A stretch of DNA of 64,000 nt from contig OZ239628.1 of assembly GCA_965195345.1 (NCBI GenBank), forward strand, positions 1,120,001 through 1,184,000, written 5' to 3'. Position numbers and translations under genes: made by a program. Source of the stretch: an uncultured Thiomicrospira sp. Its GTDB lineage: Bacteria; Pseudomonadota; Gammaproteobacteria; CAKMZV01. The stretch's first letter is position 1. The number at the start of each line of letters is the position of its first letter. This document shows, piece by piece, positions 27,876 to 37,581 of this stretch. Under the pieces are notes generated by a model. The model ran no database searches. It worked only from the letters and a program-made list of their open reading frames with translations, and was not told the DNA's origin.

Positions 27876-28286
27876 ATGAGAAAAGATATTGAAAAGGCTT
27901 TGAAATCGATCGAGAGCAATGCCGAAATATTGAAATCAAATGAATGGACAGTCTTATTGGCGTCGGGTGTAGATAAAAACAAAACCAAAAATAGTATTAC
28001 TGTATTCGGAAAAATTGTAGTCCGAATTTACAGAAAAGGTCTGCTTTTCAATTCGATTCCACCATTTAATTTTGATCACAGATGCACAGGATTTGTGCTG
28101 TCGTCTTGCATTCATAGGATTGATAGTAAAGCCCGCATTAGATTTTTAGACTTTAACAATGTTAGTGATGGTGATTTGATGGACATAGGCAGTAGCGCAA
28201 GAGAAGTGAATTTATTGGAATTTAACGAATTTACATCGCAAGAGTTGGAAAAAGAAGTGAATGAGGTTGATCATGGGACGCGATGA
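27876..28286 (+). CDS. Hypothetical protein unique to unit 2
   Basis: 136-aa ORF in an insertion absent from unit 1. Confidence 0.6.
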   Translation: MRKDIEKALKSIESNAEILKSNEWTVLLASGVDKNKTKNSITVFGKIVVRIYRKGLLFNSIPPFNFDHRCTGFVLSSCIHRIDSKARIRFLDFNNVSDGDLMDIGSSAREVNLLEFNEFTSQELEKEVNEVDHGTR

Positions 28287-28545
28287 TAAATTGTATATGC
28301 GGATGGGAAGAAAAATTGCTTCTGTCTGGGATTTTAAAAACAACAACATAGCATTTAGTGTTAAAAAATCAGGAAAGCTATCAGATAACGCACTACGCGA
28401 GATAGGCGAAAACGCGTACCAAAGCATTTATGGTGAGTACCAATGTGCTACAGGCAAAGAAATTGAAATCAATGGCGAATTCACAAAAAGTGGTCGTCCT
28501 GAATTGATAAGCATTCCAGTATCATTGAGAGGATGGTCTAACTAA
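28261..28545 (+). CDS. Hypothetical protein unique to unit 2
   Basis: ORF with GAGG RBS before internal ATG; TAATG coupling to next gene. Confidence 0.6.
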   Translation: MRLIMGRDDKLYMRMGRKIASVWDFKNNNIAFSVKKSGKLSDNALREIGENAYQSIYGEYQCATGKEIEINGEFTKSGRPELISIPVSLRGWSN

Positions 28546-28790
28546 TGCACGCACAAAGTAAAAAAGAGAGTTGGCGCGAGGCGTACAGGAATACCGCGTT
28601 GGCGTTCGTTGTGTCGCTATTGGCGCACAAATACATAGTAGCCCCTGCCCTATCATGGCACATTGAGCAAGGTGGCGATCAAACAACGTTTATTGTTGCT
28701 TTTTTAGTAACCAGCTTCTATACCCTGCTTTCGCTTGGTCGTAATTATTTCATTAGGCGCATGCACGTAACGAAAAAGGACGTGAAATGA
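28545..28790 (+). CDS. Small 2-TM phage membrane protein
   Basis: Homolog of 14012-14284. Confidence 0.7.
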   Translation: MHAQSKKESWREAYRNTALAFVVSLLAHKYIVAPALSWHIEQGGDQTTFIVAFLVTSFYTLLSLGRNYFIRRMHVTKKDVK

Positions 28791-29614
28791 AACTGCCACC
28801 AATCCTTAAATATTTAGGTGGTAAGCACTCTATTGCACCGCAAATAATTGCGCATTTTCCTGATCATCATACATACGTTGAGCCTTTTGGCGGTGCGGGT
28901 TCTGTTCTGTTCAGAAAGGAGCGTTCACGGGTTGAGGTTTACAACGATCGATATGATCGCATTGTCAATTTATTTTCTGTTTTGCGTTCTCCTGAACTTG
29001 CTGAAAAGTTATGCTCTTTATTAAAAAATACGCCCTATTCTAAAACTGAATTTTATCGATGTGCAGAGCAATCAGATGATCCAGTCGAAGACGCGCGCCG
29101 TCTTTTTGTAAGCGGGGCAATGTGTTACGGTGGTTACTCTGCAGGCAACAACATCTGTTCAGGATTTGCCCGTCATGCGGACGCAAACATAGCAAAAATT
29201 TATGCAAACAAGATTGATCTGCTTGAACTTTTTACGGCGCGCCTGCAGGGAGTTACCATTGAGAACGACAGTGCGAACAGAATAATTGAGCTGTGGGATA
29301 GTACAAAAACGCTTTTCTATGTTGATCCGCCCTACTTACCAAGCACACGCAGACAAGCAAAATCAAAGCAATATTTGCACGAAATGAGCGAAGCGGATCA
29401 CTTGAGCCTTTTGGAGCAATTGCAGCGTTGTGATGGTCTGGTTGTTTTGTCTGGTTATCCTTCTGATATGTACAGAGATACCTTAAAGGGTTGGGAAACA
29501 TTAGACATTAATAGCGTTGATGCAGGCAGTAACAAGCGTATTGATCGTGTATGGATAAAGCCAAATTCACACGCCCACCTGCCCCTATTCAATAAAGCGC
29601 AGGTGATGGCATGA
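28787..29614 (+). CDS. Dam-family N6-adenine DNA methyltransferase, unit 2
   Basis: Same motifs as 14281-15108. Confidence 0.92.
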   Translation: MKLPPILKYLGGKHSIAPQIIAHFPDHHTYVEPFGGAGSVLFRKERSRVEVYNDRYDRIVNLFSVLRSPELAEKLCSLLKNTPYSKTEFYRCAEQSDDPVEDARRLFVSGAMCYGGYSAGNNICSGFARHADANIAKIYANKIDLLELFTARLQGVTIENDSANRIIELWDSTKTLFYVDPPYLPSTRRQAKSKQYLHEMSEADHLSLLEQLQRCDGLVVLSGYPSDMYRDTLKGWETLDINSVDAGSNKRIDRVWIKPNSHAHLPLFNKAQVMA

Positions 29615-29826
29615 CAAACTATACAAAAGCAGATGCAACGCACTTACTGCAATGCCGTAGCTTTAATGGCAGTGTTGGAATTGATTATTCGATGGATTGC
29701 TTGCCATTAAAAACAACAAAGAGAGGTATGGCTAAAGTTGTGGTTTTTGGTTTTCGTAGCTTTGTATCAGAGGATGTAAGGATCAGATATGTTAAACCTG
29801 ATAGATTGATCGAGAAAAGTAAATGA
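29611..29826 (+). CDS. Phage hypothetical protein
   Basis: Homolog of 15105-15320. Confidence 0.65.
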   Translation: MTNYTKADATHLLQCRSFNGSVGIDYSMDCLPLKTTKRGMAKVVVFGFRSFVSEDVRIRYVKPDRLIEKSK

Positions 29827-30164
29827 TTCAGCGCGTTAATCAAGATGTCTTTAATAGTGATTTTAAAACGCTTGTGAATGTAACCGTTGGCTATTGCTCG
29901 CCAATAGCGAGTACGTATTTAATTCGTGGTATAGATTTTGTTGTTGTTGTGTTGTCGTGTGATCTGATTCATTTGAATGAAGAATTACAGCGCATTCCAG
30001 AACACGGCTTATTCAATGTGCATACTTTTTCAGTGTTCAATGCTGAAAAACGTGAAGCTGACGCAGGCAGGACAGAAGACGCGGTCCATGCAAATCGCAT
30101 GTATAGATCACGAGTTGAATTCTATAAAAGCAGAGAGTATCAAATTGTGCAGGGTTTGACGTGA
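29823..30164 (+). CDS. Phage hypothetical protein
   Basis: Homolog of 15317-15658. Confidence 0.65.
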   Translation: MIQRVNQDVFNSDFKTLVNVTVGYCSPIASTYLIRGIDFVVVVLSCDLIHLNEELQRIPEHGLFNVHTFSVFNAEKREADAGRTEDAVHANRMYRSRVEFYKSREYQIVQGLT

Positions 30165-31708
30165 TGAGCGATTATTTTTCGCCCTTACCGCCCGCCCTCG
30201 CCCGCATTGGCAATGCGCTTTCAGAAAATTACAAAGACTTTGAAGACTTTGAAAAAGGTTTTCAAGATGCGCCGTGCAGCCTTGATCTTGATGCTATTGA
30301 AAACGCGGGCGATCACATGGCGCATAAATGCTACGGCGCGCGTCTGCGCAACGGGGAAAAAGCTGTTTATGGCGTTGTGGGCGATGAATGCAGTAAATGG
30401 CGGGGCTATGCGGGGCTAACGCACACGGATGATGCCCTACTCGCCCGCGCTGAATCCTCAAGCTACTGGCGCAAGAAATGGAAGCAAGCAACGCTTCGCT
30501 GGTGGGCGCATACATTGATGAAAGAGGGATTAAACGCCAATTACATTGCTGATGATGTAGTCAACTTGGTAAATGAAGCACAAAAGCGTAGTAATAATTT
30601 GATGGCGCAGATGGTTGCCACGCATGAAGAGATGCCAACGTCCGCGAATACGATGGCATTACAAGAGGCAATTGATAAATCGGTTAGTAATCCCGATATA
30701 AAGATGGCTGAATTGATTGTACGGATGCGCGGTGCGCAGAAGTACGCCGACGAATTCGGGTATATCTGTACTTTCGTTACAGTTACAGCACCATCACGCT
30801 ATCACGCGAGCAAATCGAGCAATCCAGATATAGACAATGCACCGCTTGAGAGCAATCCAAAGTATGAAGATTTTACCCCCCGCGAAACGTCTCAATATTT
30901 GGGTGGTGTGTGGTCGCGAGTGCGGGCGAAATTTGCCCGCGATGGTTTAGATTATTTCGGTTTACGCGTTGCTGAACCGCATCGCAATGGCACACCCCAT
31001 CATCACTATACTATTTTTCACAAAAAAGAAGACACATACAAAATGCGTGGTGCTTTTTTGGAACACGGATTAAAAGATAGTGCAGGCGAATATGGAAGCA
31101 ACCATCGAATTGAATTCAAAGCAATAGATCGCTCGCGGGGCGATGTTATTGCATACCTAATCAAATATCTAACAAAGAACATAAACAGCAGACGCGCCCC
31201 GCGCGATTTATATGGAAAAGTTGATTATGTGCAGGCGTTGAAAGCGGTGACAGCGTGGGCAAAAGTATGGGGCATTCGCCAATTTCAGTCGATAGGCATT
31301 CAACCCGTAGGCGTTTGGCGTGAATTACGGCGGGCATCGCGTGATTATTGCGGACGCAACGCCCGCAAGATTGCAGGCGACAAGTACCGCCCATTACGAC
31401 AAGCAATGCAGGCATCCACAGACGGCGATTATTATCGCTATATGAAGTTGATGCACCGCTACAGTAAAAAAATACGCCTATTGAAAGAAACAGTAAAAAA
31501 CAAATATGATGAAGATGTAACAAAAACGCAGGGGCTTTTGTTTAAGGAAGCCAAGCCCGTCCAGATAATTACGCGCTTTATTAAATGGGTAATTGGAAAG
31601 GCAGAAGATTTGCTCGATGAAGCAGAACTTGAAGCGTGGCAAATACAGCAGACGCAGGCGGGTATGCAGGCGATCGCGGGCGTTCGCCCCGCTGTAATGC
31701 AGTTATGA
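30161..31708 (+). CDS. Rolling-circle replication endonuclease (HUH, gpA-like), unit 2
   Basis: EPHRNGTPHHH, YLIKYLTKNI. Confidence 0.93.
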   Translation: MMSDYFSPLPPALARIGNALSENYKDFEDFEKGFQDAPCSLDLDAIENAGDHMAHKCYGARLRNGEKAVYGVVGDECSKWRGYAGLTHTDDALLARAESSSYWRKKWKQATLRWWAHTLMKEGLNANYIADDVVNLVNEAQKRSNNLMAQMVATHEEMPTSANTMALQEAIDKSVSNPDIKMAELIVRMRGAQKYADEFGYICTFVTVTAPSRYHASKSSNPDIDNAPLESNPKYEDFTPRETSQYLGGVWSRVRAKFARDGLDYFGLRVAEPHRNGTPHHHYTIFHKKEDTYKMRGAFLEHGLKDSAGEYGSNHRIEFKAIDRSRGDVIAYLIKYLTKNINSRRAPRDLYGKVDYVQALKAVTAWAKVWGIRQFQSIGIQPVGVWRELRRASRDYCGRNARKIAGDKYRPLRQAMQASTDGDYYRYMKLMHRYSKKIRLLKETVKNKYDEDVTKTQGLLFKEAKPVQIITRFIKWVIGKAEDLLDEAELEAWQIQQTQAGMQAIAGVRPAVMQL

Positions 31709-31767
31709 ACAAGTCAACGCGGGCGGGCGTTCCGAAGCTCTACCCGCGTTTTTTTGGTTTTTCTTAA

Positions 31768-31796
31768 AACTTGGACTTGTATCAATAACTGTACGG
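31768..31796 (+). other. Putative rolling-circle nick origin, unit 2
   Basis: Identical to 17265-17293. Confidence 0.65.
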
Positions 31797-31851
31797 AGAT
31801 TTAGAAGAAAGGAAATATTTACCAGGGCAAAAAAATAATTAGAGGTGGTCA

Positions 31852-32034
31852 ATGGAAAAAATAGAAATTTACGAAGAAGCTTCTGAAATTGAGGAGGCTA
31901 CCACGCGCATACTGCAAAGCATGAGAGCGCAATTATTGCCTGCAGAAGTACGGACGTTGTTACAGCGTACAGCTGTATTGAATTTAAGAATGGCAAGAGA
32001 AATTGAAAAACTACAGGAGGCTCGTAATGACTGA
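31852..32034 (+). CDS. Phage hypothetical protein
   Basis: Homolog of 17349-17525. Confidence 0.65.
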   Translation: MEKIEIYEEASEIEEATTRILQSMRAQLLPAEVRTLLQRTAVLNLRMAREIEKLQEARND

Positions 32035-32272
32035 ATTTATTTGCAATGCGGTTATAGATGGATTGGATTCAGAAATATACAAGAATACTCAAAACAGGCT
32101 GTACGCAAAAAATGTTAATGGCATGATGAGTTTTCAAACGAAGAAAGGACAAGCACACCTTCAAAGCCTGATTGACAAGGCAAACAAAGTGCCACCGCCT
32201 GCAACAGATGACAATCCACAAGAGGATGATCCAGACGGCCACGATGATGGTCCTTTCTTATTCCAAAGGTAG
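32027..32272 (+). CDS. Phage hypothetical protein
   Basis: Homolog of 17525-17758; GGAGG RBS before ATG. Confidence 0.55.
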   Translation: MTEFICNAVIDGLDSEIYKNTQNRLYAKNVNGMMSFQTKKGQAHLQSLIDKANKVPPPATDDNPQEDDPDGHDDGPFLFQR

Positions 32273-32275
32273 TAC

Positions 32276-32734
32276 ATGAGCGAAGAAAACACAAACACAA
32301 TTGATACCAGTGATGACACGATCAATAAAGGCTGGTCCACACTTGAAAATACTATTGTTGATAATCCTGTCATTGATCCAATTGAACCAGATGAACAAGC
32401 AGAAGAGCAAACGGATCAACCTGATATTGCATGCGCGGATCTGTTTACCAAAACCTTGAAAATGGGGTTGGGTAATAAGTGGGTTAATGTTGACATTGCA
32501 AAGATCGAGCCAGAAATACAAGAATGCGCAAAAGCGTGGGATGCTTTTTTTGTAAAAAGGTTTGGTGGTTTTCATGTTTTCTTAGAACGTTACGGCGTTG
32601 AAGTAATGATGGTATTCAATACAGGATATTTGCTTTTCAAAGCAGTTGAACACAGAGAAGAACCCCTTGATCAAACAGAGGGCAAAAGTGGTAGAGCATC
32701 CAAAGCAAACACACAACCAATAGACCCATTATGA
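32276..32734 (+). CDS. Phage hypothetical protein preceding the ATPase
   Basis: Diverged homolog of 17768-18229. Confidence 0.65.
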   Translation: MSEENTNTIDTSDDTINKGWSTLENTIVDNPVIDPIEPDEQAEEQTDQPDIACADLFTKTLKMGLGNKWVNVDIAKIEPEIQECAKAWDAFFVKRFGGFHVFLERYGVEVMMVFNTGYLLFKAVEHREEPLDQTEGKSGRASKANTQPIDPL

Positions 32735-33390
32735 GAAAAGACGGAAAAATCACGCTTATATTAGGCGTTACTGGATCGGGCAAGACATCGATCGCAAAGG
32801 CTTTGATGAAATCACAAAAACGTATATTAGCGTATGATCCAAAACTGGAATTTTGCCAGTTATCAGGATTTGTTAAAACAGAAAGCCAACGTCAATTGTT
32901 GGAAAAACTAAAAGCAACAAAGGCAAGCGGGCGAATCGCGCATTGTGTCGCGCAATCCTCGAAAGAATTTGACTTTTTCACGCGATGCTTTAGCAATTGG
33001 GCGCGTCAAAAGGAATGCACGGCCGTGGTTGAGGAGTTATCAGCTGTTACCAGTGTAGGTAAGGCAAAAGATGGCTGGAATATAGCAGTTAATCAATCAA
33101 GAGCATTAGGTGCTAATGTGTTAGTTTTGGCACAAAAACCTGAAGAGATAGATAAAAGCACATTGGATCAGGCAAAAGAAATTTATTGTTGTCAAGTTTC
33201 AACGAAGACTGCAAGCTACATGGGCGATCGCTTTGGATTGGATGCTAAAGCATTAAAATCATTTCCAAGTGAACCGCTAAAGTTTATCCGCATAATAGCG
33301 GGTAAGGGATTAGATTTGTCGAATGGTAAAATTCAATTCAAAGACAAAGCACCGATGCTTTACAGTGGTAATAAATTATTGAAAACTTAG
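32731..33390 (+). CDS. Genome-packaging ATPase, unit 2
   Basis: Walker A/B and QSRALG as in unit 1. Confidence 0.9.
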   Translation: MRKDGKITLILGVTGSGKTSIAKALMKSQKRILAYDPKLEFCQLSGFVKTESQRQLLEKLKATKASGRIAHCVAQSSKEFDFFTRCFSNWARQKECTAVVEELSAVTSVGKAKDGWNIAVNQSRALGANVLVLAQKPEEIDKSTLDQAKEIYCCQVSTKTASYMGDRFGLDAKALKSFPSEPLKFIRIIAGKGLDLSNGKIQFKDKAPMLYSGNKLLKT

Positions 33391-33421
33391 TAAATCGGGT
33401 GTCATTTTTCTAAATTTCATA

Positions 33422-34783
33422 TCATATATGATCTTTAGGATCGAAGCCTTCAGGAAAAATTGTGTAGATGTTATAAGCAATCTCTTTTAAATTTGCCCCT
33501 TCTAAAATCGCCCCTTCTAAAATCGCCCCTTCTAAATTCGCCCTTTCTAAATTCGCCCCTTCTAAATTCGCCTCAATTAAATTCGCCAATATTAAATCCG
33601 CCTCAATTAAATTCGCCCTTTCTAAATTCGCCCCTTCTAAAGCCGCATCTACTAAATTCTTCTCTTGTAAATTCGCCTCTTGTAAATTCGCCCCTCGTAA
33701 ATTCGCCCATTCTAACTTCACCCCTTGCAAATCCGCCCCAAATAAATCCGCCCTTTCTAAATTCGCCCCTTGTAAATCCGCATTTACTAAATTCGTGTTT
33801 TGTAAATTCGCGTCTTGTAAATTAGCCCTTTGTAAATTCGCCTCTTGTAAATTCGCCCCTCGTAAATTCGCCACTTCTAAATTCGCCCCTCGTAAATTCG
33901 CCCCTTGTAAATTCGCCACTTCTAAATTCGCGTCTTGTAAATTCGTCCTAAATAACTTAGCATCTCGTAAATCCGCCCCTTCTAAATTCGCCCCTTCTAA
34001 ATTTGCTAAAGTGAAATTACTACTTGAAAGACTAGCTTTTTTCAGAGATGAAAAAGAAAAGTTATTTTTCACTTGAAATGTATTACTTAAATCAAGATGA
34101 TCTAATATTGCATTTTTATACTGAATTTTTGAGGAATCATGAGCTTTAGATGTTTGGGGGGGGGGTATGGGTATTTCTGCTTGCACTATTACTTCCTTTT
34201 GTTCTTGTTTTTGTTCTTGTTCTTGTTCTTGTTCTTGTTCTTGTTCTTGTTCTTGTTCTTGTTTTTGTTCTTGTTTTTGTTCTTGTTTTTGTTCTTGTTT
34301 TTGTTCTTGTTCTTGTTTTTGTTTTTGTTCTTGTTCTTGTTCTTGTTTTTGTTTTTGTTTTTGTTCTTGGTTGCCTCTTGTAATGTTATCTATCTGATCT
34401 GTGAATGCGGGCAAGTTTCTTCTTGCATCAGCTATTGATCTTATACCTATAGCCTTTCTTTCCTCGGCATCAGAAGACAAGAGATCATATGCACTAGTTA
34501 AGAGTGAAAGATAGTGACCGTCTTTGGTGTCTTGTGTTCTGAATAACCATAAGGCAATAAATACAGGCAATCCCAATAGCAAAGCTCTTAATGAAGTTAT
34601 TTCTACTGGAGTTCTAAGTCCTAATTTCTCACAGAAAAAGTTCAATACTGACCAATCAAATGTATGAAATATTATGTTGCCACTGATAAAAAACCACCCG
34701 GTTAAACTGGAGGCTAATAAAATAAATAATCGGGTTATTTTTAATTTATCAAGCTCGCTCAATTTTTTTGTATGCCGCTCCAT
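33422..34783 (-). CDS. Membrane-anchored pentapeptide-repeat protein (cargo of unit 2)
   Basis: RALLLGLPVFIALWLFRTQDT, QE/QK run, ANLxx repeats, TIFPEGFDP; start moved to ATG 34783 (AAGGA RBS) because the longer ORF runs through the conserved promoter. Confidence 0.9.
   Translation of the reverse strand: MERHTKKLSELDKLKITRLFILLASSLTGWFFISGNIIFHTFDWSVLNFFCEKLGLRTPVEITSLRALLLGLPVFIALWLFRTQDTKDGHYLSLLTSAYDLLSSDAEERKAIGIRSIADARRNLPAFTDQIDNITRGNQEQKQKQKQEQEQEQKQKQEQEQKQEQKQEQKQEQKQEQEQEQEQEQEQEQEQKQEQKEVIVQAEIPIPPPQTSKAHDSSKIQYKNAILDHLDLSNTFQVKNNFSFSSLKKASLSSSNFTLANLEGANLEGADLRDAKLFRTNLQDANLEVANLQGANLRGANLEVANLRGANLQEANLQRANLQDANLQNTNLVNADLQGANLERADLFGADLQGVKLEWANLRGANLQEANLQEKNLVDAALEGANLERANLIEADLILANLIEANLEGANLERANLEGAILEGAILEGANLKEIAYNIYTIFPEGFDPKDHI
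34196..34369 (-). repeat. In-frame hexanucleotide microsatellite (CAAGAA/CAAAAA), about 29 units
   Basis: Encodes QEQKQKQKQEQE... run. Confidence 0.92.
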
Positions 34784-34927
34784 TGACATTTCCTTTTTTT
34801 GTTTGATTATTAAGGCAATTGTACCCGCTCCGTCTGCGAAAGTTAAAAAAGTGCTTGACACGCGTCTGCATGTGTTTTGTATAAGTCGCATTTAATTATT
34901 AAATGACTGTTTTACTTTGGAGAAAGA

Positions 34928-35053
34928 ATGAACAAAAGCACAATGAAAACGATTACGGGCGTAGTATTTACTGCTGCGGTCGCATTCGCAACGGTTGCAA
35001 TTGCAACGCGTTTTAAACCAGCACGTAAAGTGTTGAACGTTGACAACTATTAA
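34928..35053 (+). CDS. PM2 P7-like small membrane protein, unit 2
   Basis: Same protein as 20709-20834. Confidence 0.75.
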   Translation: MNKSTMKTITGVVFTAAVAFATVAIATRFKPARKVLNVDNY

Positions 35054-35062
35054 GAGGTTGCG

Positions 35063-35836
35063 ATGAGAATTAGACAACAAAAACTTGATTCGCCTAATGG
35101 AGGCGGATTTGATAACGATTTTATCTTTACCCTGCCAAAAGGCATCAGCATTCATGAAGTGGCATTCGTGCTTTCTGCAATGGCTATAAGCGATGTCAAA
35201 AAGGTAGTGGTTGAAATAGACGGCGTTACTAACGTTGAATGCAGTGGAGAAGATTTGTCCCTATTGCAAGCACTCTACTCAAAACCACAAAAAGACAACA
35301 CTCTGATTATTCCTTTTTCAGGGCAAAACAGTCAAACGTGGGAAGGAGCAACGGACGGACTATTGACAATATTACCAAATGAACAATGCGTTATCCGCTT
35401 AAGCATTGGTGCTGGTAATGGCAATCCCTCAGTTGATGGTTTCATCCGTTATCAGTTTGCAGCAACTCGCACGGCATTACCAAGAATACAACGCATTCCC
35501 CTGCCCCAAGTTGAGGTTGGCGAGCGTTTGTTTTCTTACCCCCATGCACGCCGTTTTGTTCGCACAATGATATTGACTGGTGGCGCACCTGATAAATTCA
35601 AGATTGTGCAAAACGGGCAAGCGTTGTTTGTAACGAGCGATGAATTAAATCGTTTCATGTTAGAGCGCAACGGGCTAACGCCTCAAGACGGGCATTTTGC
35701 CTTTGTTCCAGCAATGGAAGGTTTTGAAGCGGCTGACAAGCTCAATGGTGCTAATGCACGTATTGAATTTTCAGCAACGGAAGTGGGTGCAACGTCTGTG
35801 CTTATTCACACGATTGAACCTACTCAAGCACAGTAA
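35063..35836 (+). CDS. Double jelly-roll major capsid protein, unit 2
   Basis: Near-identical to 20844-21623. Confidence 0.85.
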   Translation: MRIRQQKLDSPNGGGFDNDFIFTLPKGISIHEVAFVLSAMAISDVKKVVVEIDGVTNVECSGEDLSLLQALYSKPQKDNTLIIPFSGQNSQTWEGATDGLLTILPNEQCVIRLSIGAGNGNPSVDGFIRYQFAATRTALPRIQRIPLPQVEVGERLFSYPHARRFVRTMILTGGAPDKFKIVQNGQALFVTSDELNRFMLERNGLTPQDGHFAFVPAMEGFEAADKLNGANARIEFSATEVGATSVLIHTIEPTQAQ

Positions 35837-36183
35837 TGAGTAAACTTTCGTTGAATGACATCATTCGAGGCGGTCAAGACATCACCCGCGATATTGAAAA
35901 CGCGGGTGATACTGATATTAGCAACGAGATAGGCAATGCAGGAACACGCTTATTGAATGAACCAATCAAATATTCACCCATCCACCCTACACAAGCAAGC
36001 ATTGCGGGAAGCGAGCCTATTCATAAAACAGGCGCGCCATTGGCATTGTTTGGTGCTGGTGCGGGAGTTGGTGCGGGATATGGTTTATCGCAAGCCCTAT
36101 CCTCCCCCATTGGGAAAGTAGGCTTGGCAGTGGTTGCTACTGTATTGGGTGCATTTGTAATTAAGCGGTTTAAGTTAGCATGA
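35836..36183 (+). CDS. Virion membrane protein (P3-like position)
   Basis: Copy of 21623-21970. Confidence 0.65.
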   Translation: MSKLSLNDIIRGGQDITRDIENAGDTDISNEIGNAGTRLLNEPIKYSPIHPTQASIAGSEPIHKTGAPLALFGAGAGVGAGYGLSQALSSPIGKVGLAVVATVLGAFVIKRFKLA

Positions 36184-36398
36184 TCTCGCCACTCGGACCC
36201 GTTTCAGCAGGTGGCGATATTTCGCCTGATCTATCATCAACCGCAACAAGTGGTGATGCGAGCAATGATAGTGAAAATAACTTTAGCTTTGGAGATAAGC
36301 ACATCAACAACGGCGCACAAGGCATTCCAGCATGGATTGCTGTTGCAGGTGGTATTTTAATCGCGGGTGGATTATGGTTTTTTGGACGGCGGGCATAG
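36180..36398 (+). CDS. PM2 P8-like virion membrane protein
   Basis: Copy of 21967-22185. Confidence 0.65.
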   Translation: MISPLGPVSAGGDISPDLSSTATSGDASNDSENNFSFGDKHINNGAQGIPAWIAVAGGILIAGGLWFFGRRA

Positions 36399-36730
36399 AT
36401 GAAACATTTGTGCCTGCAGGCATTAAAAAAGCACTTGGTACTGCCCTCGATGAAATCAAAATGGAATGTATCAAGGGCGTTAGTCAATGCTGGAAATTTA
36501 ACAATGGGCGTTTCATTACCCGCATTGAGCATAAGGAGTTAGTGATTGTGGCATTTACTGGACGCAATACTTCAAATGTTTTTTCAGCAATCTATCAATC
36601 TGCAAAGAATGGTGGTTTTCAATCGATCCGCATTCACACGAACAATCCAAAATGGGTGCGCTTTATTCGCATTAAAGGGTTTGTATTTGATGAAGTAGCA
36701 ATCGGTATATATCGGCTGGAGGTTGCGTAA
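36374..36730 (+). CDS. Phage protein, possible GNAT-like fold
   Basis: Homolog of 22161-22517. Confidence 0.55.
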   Translation: MVFWTAGIDETFVPAGIKKALGTALDEIKMECIKGVSQCWKFNNGRFITRIEHKELVIVAFTGRNTSNVFSAIYQSAKNGGFQSIRIHTNNPKWVRFIRIKGFVFDEVAIGIYRLEVA

Positions 36731-37146
36731 TGGGCGGTAGTAGCAAAAGCAGAACCAGTGCGGACGTTTTCAATCAACAGCAAGATAGATCGGTTGTTTT
36801 TGCACCAAGTGGTAACGGAAATCAAACGGCCGTAACTGGCAATGTTGGCGGTGATGTAGTTATTGAGAACACGGATCATGGCGCAATTGAAGCATCGTTT
36901 AGTTTTGGCGAGCGCATTGGCGCATTGGCGATTGATAGAAGTGCAGATTCAGCAGAGTTTGCAATTGAGGCGGTACAGGATGCCCATCGTGAAGCAAGCG
37001 AAAGCGCAAGCGAGCAAAACAAAGCATTCAGTGGCGCAATCAGTGCATTCAAATCAGAAACGCAAGGCATTGGTAAAAACCTCTTGATCGTTAGCGGAGC
37101 GGGCGCGATTTCTTTAGTAGCGGTTGTATTTTTAATTAAGAAATAA
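36730..37146 (+). CDS. Virion membrane-associated protein
   Basis: Homolog of 22517-22933. Confidence 0.7.
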   Translation: MGGSSKSRTSADVFNQQQDRSVVFAPSGNGNQTAVTGNVGGDVVIENTDHGAIEASFSFGERIGALAIDRSADSAEFAIEAVQDAHREASESASEQNKAFSGAISAFKSETQGIGKNLLIVSGAGAISLVAVVFLIKK

Positions 37147-37147
37147 C

Positions 37148-37579
37148 ATGGCAAGAATAAACATAAAAGCGCATGGCGCGATCGATTTACCAATCAATCA
37201 GCGATTTATTCTTTTTCTTAGTAGTTCACGTGCAACGATTGAAGGCGTACGGATCACTCGAGGATTAACAGTTGAGCGTTCAGAATTAGAGCCACTAATC
37301 CGCATTGAAAATCCAAGCAACACTTATACAACAATTGATTATGTCATAAGTGGCAACCGCATTATTATCCCTGTCAATGATGTAGTAATCAGCGAAGCAA
37401 TAGCAATTAGTAATGCGGTAGAAATTGCCAATGCAATTGAAATAAGCAATCAAGTATCAGAAGCCAAGATTGCGCGCAGTGTCGTCATTGGTAACTACTA
37501 CATAGCGCATCCTGATGAAGTGCCAGAGGCAGAACATCCAGCAGACTTGCAAAAAATATTAGAGAAAATCGGAGTTTAA
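37148..37579 (+). CDS. Putative vertex/spike-base protein
   Basis: Homolog of 22935-23366. Confidence 0.5.
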   Translation: MARINIKAHGAIDLPINQRFILFLSSSRATIEGVRITRGLTVERSELEPLIRIENPSNTYTTIDYVISGNRIIIPVNDVVISEAIAISNAVEIANAIEISNQVSEAKIARSVVIGNYYIAHPDEVPEAEHPADLQKILEKIGV

Positions 37580-37581
37580 CA

